A model generated the notes under the pieces. That model worked only from the letters and a program-made list of their open reading frames with translations, was not told where the DNA came from and made no database searches. Below are positions 1-6,470 of a stretch of 19,748 nucleotides of DNA, one piece after another. A program made the position numbers and the translations under genes. Source of the DNA: an uncultured Aquificales bacterium (GTDB taxonomy: Bacteria > Thermosulfidibacterota > Thermosulfidibacteria > Thermosulfidibacterales > Thermosulfidibacteraceae); assembly GCA_964411615.1 (NCBI GenBank), contig CAYPLO010000033.1:1-19748 (forward strand), read 5' to 3'. Position 1 is the stretch's first letter, and the number at the start of each line of letters is the position of its first letter.

Positions 1-359
1 ATAAGGAGCTTGTGTGGGACTACATAGGTGGCAAGGTTGGAGACATGGTGAGACTGCACGAGAAGAGAAAAGAGGGTCTTGGGGAGAAAGAAGCCTTAGA
101 GGAGCTGCTCAAGGTGGAAAGAGCAAGGCTCAGATGGCTCTTCAGACAGATGGAAGCGAAGGAGAAGCGATGCGAGCCTAAAAAGGTGAAGGAAGCCCTG
201 GCACTGTTTACAGAACAGGAGGAGCTTGAGGACACAAAGATTGACTATGACACACTCAGATTTCTCATCTCCGAAAACATCCTCTTCTACAATCCCCTCA
301 CAGGCACGGTTAAGCCCCAGGGCAGGCTCATCTGGCACGCCATAAGGGAGGTGGTGTGA
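1..359 (+). CDS. C-terminal part of an archaeal-type ATPase / ATP-binding protein (5'-truncated by the window edge)
   Basis: The frame is open from nt 3 to TGA at 357-359. The C-terminus 'YIGGKVGD...LISENILFYNPLTGTVKPQGRLIWHAIRE' resembles the tail of the ATPase family common in thermophiles. The P-loop would lie upstream, so the family call rests on recall of the C-terminal pattern only. Confidence 0.55.
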   Translation, partial: KELVWDYIGGKVGDMVRLHEKRKEGLGEKEALEELLKVERARLRWLFRQMEAKEKRCEPKKVKEALALFTEQEELEDTKIDYDTLRFLISENILFYNPLTGTVKPQGRLIWHAIREVV

Positions 360-1024
360 AAAGGGAGCTTGCCAAGCTGAGGCTCTTTTCCGAATTGCCG
401 GATTCCCAGCTTGAGGCCCTCTCCAGAATTGCCGAGGTGCTTGAAGTTTCCAGGGGCAGGGTTCTGTTCTCCCAGGGAGACGTCGCAGAGCATCTGTGGG
501 GGGTGCTTGAGGGGCGTGTTAAGCTCTCAAAGCTGTCCTTCAACGGGAAGGAGCAGATACTGCTTGTTGCAGAGGCCGGAGATACCTTTGCGGAGATAGC
601 CACCCTGAAGGGGCAGAGATACCCCGTATACGCCACTGCCATGGAGGATAGCCGGCTGGTCAGGATAAAGGGGAAGGACCTACTTGACCTCATAAAAAAG
701 GAGCCCCAGGTGGCCGTGGGCCTCATAGTGGTCCTGCTGGAGAGGGTCAAGCATCTGACGAACATGATAGAGGACCTCTCCCTGAGGGAGGTTCCCGCCC
801 GTTTGAGCAGCTATATTTTAAAAAAGTCCGAGGGTAAGCAGTTCCTGATGCTTGATATACCCAAGGTGGAGCTTGCCAAAATCCTTGGAACCACCCCTGA
901 GACCCTATCTCGCTCCTTCAAGAGGCTCTCCTCCATGGGAGCTATTGAGGTGAGGGGGAGCCTGATAAGGGTGTTATCCCCCCAGACCCTTCAGGAGCTG
1001 GCCGAGGGATTTGACCTTTCTTGA
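356..1024 (+). CDS. hcpR: Crp/Fnr-family transcriptional regulator, HcpR/Dnr-like
   Basis: GTG start overlaps the upstream stop (GTGA), with GGAGG just before it. It has a cNMP-binding-type domain (LFSQGD...VLEGRVKL...GDTFAE) and a C-terminal HTH 'ELAKILGTTPETLSRSFKRL' with the FNR-type E-xx-SR recognition helix. There is no FNR Cys cluster, and the gene lies directly upstream of hcp. Confidence 0.85.
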   Translation: MKRELAKLRLFSELPDSQLEALSRIAEVLEVSRGRVLFSQGDVAEHLWGVLEGRVKLSKLSFNGKEQILLVAEAGDTFAEIATLKGQRYPVYATAMEDSRLVRIKGKDLLDLIKKEPQVAVGLIVVLLERVKHLTNMIEDLSLREVPARLSSYILKKSEGKQFLMLDIPKVELAKILGTTPETLSRSFKRLSSMGAIEVRGSLIRVLSPQTLQELAEGFDLS

Positions 1025-1062
1025 TGTAGGTCAAGGACCGACTTCCTCTTAAGTCCCATACT
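1020..1062 (+). promoter_or_regulatory. FNR/HcpR-type binding site (CTTGA-tgtagg-TCAAG) with a putative -10 (CATACT) for hcp
   Basis: The palindrome at 1020-1035 fits TTGAT-N4-(A/G)TCAA. Its centre (1027.5) lies at -41.5 if CATACT (1057-1062) is the -12..-7 hexamer, the class II Crp/Fnr-activated geometry. Confidence 0.7.
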
Positions 1063-1095
1063 TTAAGCTGAAAAAACAAAAGAGGAGGTTGCGAG

Positions 1096-2703
1096 ATGTT
1101 TTGTAATCAGTGTGAGCAGTCGGCGGTTGGAGGATGCCGCAGGATAGGGGTGTGTGGCAAGGACAACACCACAGACCTGCTTCAGGACCTTTTGATTTAC
1201 GCCCTCTCCGGTTTGAGCGAGGCGGTTCTCGCTGCCAAGGAGGCGGGCAGGGACACCCAGGATATTGACGCCTTCACCTGCGAAGCCATCTTCTCCACCC
1301 TAACCAACGTGAACTTTGACCCCGACAGGATTGAGGACTACATCAACAGGGCAGTTGAGTACAGGGACAAGCTGGTGAAGGAGCTCGGCATCACCCTCAA
1401 GGGGCCCGCCGGAAGCTTCAAGCCCGCACCAACCAGAGAGGAGAGGGTGAAGCAGGGGCAGGAGGTGGAGCTCACCATGGACAACACCGACAACCCTGAT
1501 GTTATGGGGCTGAAGCTCACCACCCTCTATGGGGTTAAGGGAGCCGCTTCCTACGCCTACCACGCCTGGGAGCTGGGCAAGACCGACGAGGAGCTCTTCA
1601 AGTTCATCCACAGGGCGCTGGTTGAGCTGTATCAGGATGGGGATATGGACAAGTGGCTCAACCTTGCCCTTGAGACGGGGAAGTTCAACATCGTCTCCAT
1701 GGAGCTTCTGGACAACGGCCACGTGGAGCGCTTCGGACATCCTGAGCCCACAAGGGTCAGCATAGGGACCAAGAAGGGCAAGGCCATTCTCGTTTCCGGC
1801 CACGACCTTCTGGCCCTTGAGAAGCTCCTCCAGCAGACGGAGGGCAAGGGCATATACGTGTACACCCACGGTGAGATGCTTCCCGCCCATGGCTATCCCG
1901 GTCTCAAGAAGTACAGCCACCTTGCAGGCCACTACGGCAGGGCCTGGCAGCTTCAGAGGGAGGAGTTTGAGAAGTTCCCCGGCCCCATAGTGATGACCAC
2001 CAACTGCCTCATGCCTCCAAAGGACTCCTACAAGGACAGGCTCTACACCATGGGTCCCGTTGGCTATCCTGGAGTTAAGCACATCAAGGACCATGACTTC
2101 TCCCAGGTCATAGAGCAGGCCCTGTCCCTTCCCGGATACGAGGAGGACAGGGAGACCGACTACTGCTTCACCGGCTTTGCCAGAAACGCTGTGCTCTCTG
2201 TGGCGGACAAGATTGTTGAGCTGGTGAAGGCGGGCAAGATAAGGCACTTCTTCCTGGTTGGTGGCTGTGACGGTGCCCGTCCCGGAAGGAACTACTACAC
2301 CGAGTTCGTTGAGAAGGCCCCTGAGGATACCCTCATACTCACCCTGGCCTGCGGAAAGTTCAGGTTCTTCACCAAGAAGCTGGGGGACATAGACGGCATT
2401 CCCAGGCTCCTGGATATGGGCCAGTGTAACGATGCCTACTCTGCCGTGCAGGTGGCCCTGAAGCTGGCGGAGGTCTTCAACACCGATGTGAACAGCCTGC
2501 CGCTGTCCCTGATACTCTCCTGGTATGAGCAGAAGGCTGTGGCCATACTGCTGTCGCTGCTGTATCTGGGCATAAAGAACATAAAGATAGGGCCCACCCT
2601 TCCCCAGTTCTTTACTGAGAATCTCACCAGGTTTATACAGGAGAAGTACAACCTCCAGCCCATAAAGACGGCGGAGGAGGACCTCAAGGAGATACTCGGC
2701 TAA
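1096..2703 (+). CDS. hcp: Hybrid cluster protein (prismane protein; hydroxylamine/NO reductase), class I length
   Basis: RBS GAGGAGG. N-terminal MFCNQCEQ...C...VCGK (C-x2-C-x7-C-x5-C), plus the motifs SGHDL, YTHGEMLPAH, TTNC, GGCDG, ACGK, GQCND and SWYEQKA. 535 aa. Confidence 0.97.
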   Translation: MFCNQCEQSAVGGCRRIGVCGKDNTTDLLQDLLIYALSGLSEAVLAAKEAGRDTQDIDAFTCEAIFSTLTNVNFDPDRIEDYINRAVEYRDKLVKELGITLKGPAGSFKPAPTREERVKQGQEVELTMDNTDNPDVMGLKLTTLYGVKGAASYAYHAWELGKTDEELFKFIHRALVELYQDGDMDKWLNLALETGKFNIVSMELLDNGHVERFGHPEPTRVSIGTKKGKAILVSGHDLLALEKLLQQTEGKGIYVYTHGEMLPAHGYPGLKKYSHLAGHYGRAWQLQREEFEKFPGPIVMTTNCLMPPKDSYKDRLYTMGPVGYPGVKHIKDHDFSQVIEQALSLPGYEEDRETDYCFTGFARNAVLSVADKIVELVKAGKIRHFFLVGGCDGARPGRNYYTEFVEKAPEDTLILTLACGKFRFFTKKLGDIDGIPRLLDMGQCNDAYSAVQVALKLAEVFNTDVNSLPLSLILSWYEQKAVAILLSLLYLGIKNIKIGPTLPQFFTENLTRFIQEKYNLQPIKTAEEDLKEILG

Positions 2704-2714
2704 GGGGGTGTGAG

Positions 2715-2897
2715 ATGTCCGATAAGAAGGAGATGGTGCTGAAGGCCATGAAGGACGCTGGAAAGCCTGTGAGGCCCGGCGATATCGCCAAGGCCACAGG
2801 ACTTGACAGCAAGGAGGTCTCCAAAATCATAAAGGAGCTGAAGCAGGAGGGCAAGGTCATCTCCCCCAAGCGCTGCTACTACGCCCCTGCGGAGTAG
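2715..2897 (+). CDS. Small (60 aa) winged helix-turn-helix protein, often annotated as MarR-like
   Basis: Begins 11 nt after the hcp stop. Three predicted helices with an HTH pattern (PGDIAKATGLDSKEVSKIIKELKQEGKV) and a short wing 'SPKRCYY'. Codon usage matches the neighbouring genes. Confidence 0.8.
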   Translation: MSDKKEMVLKAMKDAGKPVRPGDIAKATGLDSKEVSKIIKELKQEGKVISPKRCYYAPAE

Positions 2898-2901
2898 TAG
2901 A

Positions 2902-2923
2902 GGGAGGCCCCTCGGGGCCTCCC
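2902..2923. terminator. GC-rich hairpin between convergent genes, probable (bidirectional) terminator
   Basis: GGGAGGCCC-CTCG-GGGCCTCCC forms a perfect 9-bp stem with a 4-nt loop. It lies between the stop at 2897 (+) and the stop at 2933 (-). There is no clear U-tract. Confidence 0.65.
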
Positions 2924-2932
2924 CCACCCAAT

Positions 2933-3196
2933 CTAAAACTCCTTCCTGATTCTCTCCTCCTTCGCCTGCTTGCCGCACTTTTTACAAACCACCCTGTGCT
3001 CGTAGTTGTTGGGGTCGGCGTGGGATAGCTCAAACTCCCCCTCAAGCACCCTGAACTCGTAGAAGTATATCCTCATGTCATCTGCGCAGTCTCCCGGAGC
3101 TGCCGTATCCGGTATCTCGTACCTCTCCACCTCCTCAAGCACCCCCTCCTGAGAGCATCCCGGGCAGACCAGCCTGTACCTTTTTACGGTCTCCAT
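2933..3196 (-). CDS. Hypothetical 87-aa protein with two CxxC pairs (possible Zn/Fe ribbon)
   Basis: ATG at 3196-3194 with GGAGG upstream (reverse complement of 3203-3207). Sequence METVKRYRLVCPGC...VVCKKCGKQAKEERIRKEF. It fills the gap between the hairpin and the divergent MgtC gene. The longer ORF-track start (3397) overlaps MgtC and was not used. Confidence 0.7.
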   Translation of the reverse strand: METVKRYRLVCPGCSQEGVLEEVERYEIPDTAAPGDCADDMRIYFYEFRVLEGEFELSHADPNNYEHRVVCKKCGKQAKEERIRKEF

Positions 3197-3263
3197 GGCC
3201 TTCCTCCATTGGGCTTTTCTTATCCTGGGAATCAGGATAGATTTAAAAGTGGAGGTGTTCAAC

Positions 3264-3938
3264 ATGCTTACGGCCCTTTTCAGACTGTTCCTGGCCCTGC
3301 TTCTGGGCGGTGCCATAGGTATTGAGAGGGAGATGAGGAACCAGCCGGCGGGCTTCAGGACCCACGCCATTCTGGCGGTGGGTTCGGCCCTCATCATGAT
3401 GATATCCTACCTCACGGCGGCACGATACGGCACCTCCGGGGCTACCCCCGGTGACCCTACAAGAATAGCCGCCCAGATAGTGAGCGGTATAGGTTTCCTC
3501 GGTGCCGGTGCGATTCTGAGGATGGGCCCCTCTGTAAAGGGTTTGACCACCGCCGCAAGCCTCTGGGCAACAGCCGGCGTTGGCATGGCCTGCGGGGGTG
3601 GCTTCTACAAGGAGGCTGTAATAGCCACGGCCCTCATTCTCCTCACCCTCTTCCTCCTGGGCAAGGCCGAGAAGAGGCTCCTCTTCACCAAACCCAAGAA
3701 GGTCCTCTTCATAGAGGCGGCCGATGAGCCCACCATAATGGGCCACATAGAGGAGGCCCTTGACGGTCTGGGTTACGGCATGGACTTCGTGGAGACGGAG
3801 CGGGACCCCTCTGTCAATAGGGTGAACATCCAGATGGTTATAAGGCCCAAGCCCGGGCTGGTGGCCGAGGAGAACAACGGGGTCATAGCCAACCGCCTCC
3901 TTGCCATTCCTGAGGTGAAGGGCGTAGAGGTTAGGTAG
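3264..3938 (+). CDS. MgtC/SapB-family membrane protein with ACT-like C-terminal domain
   Basis: RBS GGAGGT at 3251, ATG at 3264. Signature motifs 'GIERE...PAGFRTH', 'DPTRIAAQIVSGIGFLGAGAI' and 'VKGLTTAASLWATAGVGMACG'. Confidence 0.92.
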   Translation: MLTALFRLFLALLLGGAIGIEREMRNQPAGFRTHAILAVGSALIMMISYLTAARYGTSGATPGDPTRIAAQIVSGIGFLGAGAILRMGPSVKGLTTAASLWATAGVGMACGGGFYKEAVIATALILLTLFLLGKAEKRLLFTKPKKVLFIEAADEPTIMGHIEEALDGLGYGMDFVETERDPSVNRVNIQMVIRPKPGLVAEENNGVIANRLLAIPEVKGVEVR

Positions 3939-3942
3939 GGGC

Positions 3943-3970
3943 TTGATTTGGAATTTCATCAGATTATAAT
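3943..3970 (+). promoter_or_regulatory. Putative sigma70 promoter of the Hdr-like operon
   Basis: TTGATT (3943-3948), 16-nt spacer, perfect TATAAT (3965-3970), in an AT-rich intergenic gap. RBS GGAGG at 3991-3995 and ATG at 4001 follow. Confidence 0.65.
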
Positions 3971-4000
3971 GATAAATTGATAAAAGCTTGGGAGGGGTCC

Positions 4001-5065
4001 ATGCCAGCCCTTGGTGTCAATCTCCCGCCTGAGGAGCTTGCGAGGTCCTTGCTTGATAAGGGTCTGGTTGGTGGAGTTATGGGGCTCAGGAGACTGGGCA
4101 ACGGGGCCTTCATGTCCCTCATCACCTCCTCAAATCACCTCGACGGTCTCTGTCCCCTCTTCCCTTTGATGCCTTCCAACGGTGGCAGGAACGTTTCAAG
4201 GCTGACGCTGGAGGGCCCTGTCAACACCCCTGTGGCCGTCTTTCTCAGACCCTGCGAGCTGAGGGCCCTTGTTGAGCTCGTGAAGCTGAACCAGGCACAT
4301 CTTGATAACCTGTTTCTTATCGGGATTGAGTGCAACGGAGTGGTTCCCAACAGGGAGGTCTTCGTTCAGCAGAGGGGGGAGGAGCTGTACAGCGGTTATC
4401 TTGAGGCCTGCAAGAACGGAGAGCCTTTTGAGCCGGTGAGGGAGGTCTGCAAGGGCTGCGAGCATCCCTATCCTGAAGGGGCAGACCTTGTGGTCTCCGT
4501 GATTGGCAGGCCGTCTCCTGTGGTTGTGGCCTTATCCGAGAGGGGGGAGGACCTGCTGAAGGAGCTGGGGCTTGAGCTTACCGAGACCGAACCCAGAACG
4601 GAGGCCTCCATCAAGCTTCAGGAGAGAAGGCTGGCCGAGTACAGGGGGCTGGAGGTAAAGGGCATAGACGGTCTGCTGGAGGTCTTTGGAAGGTGCATAG
4701 GCTGCCACAACTGTAGCCATGTGTGTCCCATCTGCTACTGCAAGGACTGCTTCTTTGAGTCTGCCACCTTTGACTACGAGCCTGAAAGCTACGAGAACCG
4801 GCTGAACAAGAGGGGAACGTTCCGCATGCCCTTGGACACCGTGCTCTTCCATCTGGGGAGGATGACCCACATGTCCACCTCCTGCGTTGCCTGCGGCATG
4901 TGTGAGGATGCGTGCCCCATGGAGATTCCCGTGGCCCGGGTGTTTAAGCTTGTGGGCAAGAGCACCCAGGAGCTGTTTGAGTACGTTCCTGGAAGGAGTG
5001 TGGATGAGGAGCTTCCCCTCACCACATTCAGGTATCAGGAGCTCCAAGAGGTGGAGGATAGATGA
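4001..5065 (+). CDS. FdhB/FrhB-family (F420 hydrogenase/dehydrogenase beta-like) iron-sulfur protein, copy 1
   Basis: ATG at 4001 after GGAGG, preferred over the ORF-track TTG at 3977, which sits at the promoter. Motifs 'VAVFLRPCELRALVELVKLNQ...LIGIECNG', 'REVCKGCE', 'CIGCHNCSHVCPICYCKDC' and 'FHLGRMTHMSTSCVACGMCEDACP' follow the methanogen FdhB / FlxC-like pattern. Confidence 0.85.
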   Translation: MPALGVNLPPEELARSLLDKGLVGGVMGLRRLGNGAFMSLITSSNHLDGLCPLFPLMPSNGGRNVSRLTLEGPVNTPVAVFLRPCELRALVELVKLNQAHLDNLFLIGIECNGVVPNREVFVQQRGEELYSGYLEACKNGEPFEPVREVCKGCEHPYPEGADLVVSVIGRPSPVVVALSERGEDLLKELGLELTETEPRTEASIKLQERRLAEYRGLEVKGIDGLLEVFGRCIGCHNCSHVCPICYCKDCFFESATFDYEPESYENRLNKRGTFRMPLDTVLFHLGRMTHMSTSCVACGMCEDACPMEIPVARVFKLVGKSTQELFEYVPGRSVDEELPLTTFRYQELQEVEDR

Positions 5066-5616
5066 TGGAGGCCAGAGGACTGCTGAAGAGGCTGCTTGAG
5101 CTTCCCGGGGGGGACCAGATTCTAAAGTGCATACAGTGCGGCACCTGCACCGGTTCGTGTCCCATGAGCTCCGTAATGGATTACGGACCCAGAAGACTCT
5201 TTGCCATGATTAAGGGAGGAAGCGTAAAGGAGGCCCTCGCCTCCAACACCTACTGGATATGCGCATCCTGCTACTTCTGCACGGTGAGATGCCCCCGTGG
5301 CATAAAGATAACCGACATCATGTACGCCCTGAAGGAGCTCTCCGTGAAGGAGGGATTCTATCCCGCCTCAGAGCCCACGGCGAAGATGTACCTGGCCTTC
5401 AGGGAGACCGTTGAGGAGTACGGAAGGCTCTCTGAAACCAAGCTGATGCAGAGGCTCGGGGCCAAGGCCCCCATGGAACTTCTGAAGAAGGCACCTGTGG
5501 GGCTGAAGCTCCTAATGAAAAAGAGGATGGAGTTCAAGGTGGAGCCTGTGCGCAACCTTGATGCCTTCAAGAGGGTTATACGGAAGGCTAAAGAACTTGA
5601 GAGGGTGTCGCCATGA
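5062..5616 (+). CDS. hdrC: Heterodisulfide reductase subunit C-like protein
   Basis: Two 4Fe-4S motifs, CIQCGTCTGSCP and WICASCYFCTVRCPRGI. ATGA overlap with the previous gene (alternative start 5065). Precedes hdrB. Confidence 0.92.
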   Translation: MMEARGLLKRLLELPGGDQILKCIQCGTCTGSCPMSSVMDYGPRRLFAMIKGGSVKEALASNTYWICASCYFCTVRCPRGIKITDIMYALKELSVKEGFYPASEPTAKMYLAFRETVEEYGRLSETKLMQRLGAKAPMELLKKAPVGLKLLMKKRMEFKVEPVRNLDAFKRVIRKAKELERVSP

Positions 5617-6458
5617 AAGCGGTGTTCTATCCGGGATGCACCCTTAAGACCGCCGCTGGATACCAGGAGTCCATAGAGGCGGTCAACAGGGTTCTGGGTG
5701 TGGAGTGGCCGGAGCTTGAGGACTGGAACTGTTGCGGAGCCACCGCCTACTTCAGTCTTGATGAGCTTGTGGCCCTGACCCTTGCCGCAAGAAACATAGC
5801 AAGGGCTGAGGATTATGAGTGGGTGGTCACACCATGCAACGCCTGCCACGCCACTTTGAGGAAGGCCAGGGCCATCCTTGCAGAGGACCTGGATGCCAGG
5901 GAGAAGGTCAAGGAGGCCCTTAAAGAGGAGGGACTATCCTACAGGGGCAGACCCTTCATAAGGCACATACTGGACTACTACACTCTCCCGGAGGTGCTTG
6001 AGAAGGTTGAATCAAGCGTTGTTAAGCCTCTGAGCGGGGTCAGGGTAGCTCCCTACTACGGATGCCAGTACACGAGGCCCGTCACGGGGGATGAGACCGA
6101 CGATGCGGAGAATCCCCGCAATCTGGACCGTCTGCTTGAGGCCATAGGGGCTGAGGTTGTGGACTTTGCAGCCAAGACCTGGTGCTGCGGCGCCGCCCAG
6201 ATGGTGGGCCACGAGGACGGATGCCTGCCGCTTATAAACAGGATTATGGCGGCGGCTGAGGTGGCCGAAGCCACGGTGATTGTGGCCATGTGTCCCCTGT
6301 GCCAGTTCAACCTGGAGTACGGTGCTCAGAAGCTGGGCAGGAGTATACCTGTGCTCTTCTTCACCCAGCTCATGGGACTTGCCTTCGGAATTCCCCACAC
6401 CAAGCTGGGCATGAAGAAGCTACTCATCCCTGCCGATAGCCTTCTGGCAAAAATCTGA
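5613..6458 (+). CDS. hdrB: Heterodisulfide reductase subunit B-like protein (two CCG domains)
   Basis: FYPGC...WNCCG...TPCNACH and YYGCQ...WCCG...MCPLCQFNL...FTQLMGLAFG. Both non-cubane cluster ligand sets look complete. Confidence 0.95.
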   Translation: MKAVFYPGCTLKTAAGYQESIEAVNRVLGVEWPELEDWNCCGATAYFSLDELVALTLAARNIARAEDYEWVVTPCNACHATLRKARAILAEDLDAREKVKEALKEEGLSYRGRPFIRHILDYYTLPEVLEKVESSVVKPLSGVRVAPYYGCQYTRPVTGDETDDAENPRNLDRLLEAIGAEVVDFAAKTWCCGAAQMVGHEDGCLPLINRIMAAAEVAEATVIVAMCPLCQFNLEYGAQKLGRSIPVLFFTQLMGLAFGIPHTKLGMKKLLIPADSLLAKI

Positions 6459-6470
6459 GTGAGGTGGGCC

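Noticed and set aside
1300..2247. Long antisense ORFs (also 3243-3959, 7653-8594, 10959-12125, 15967-16737)
   Set aside because: They lie opposite well-supported genes, have no recognisable motifs, and are expected shadows of biased codon usage.
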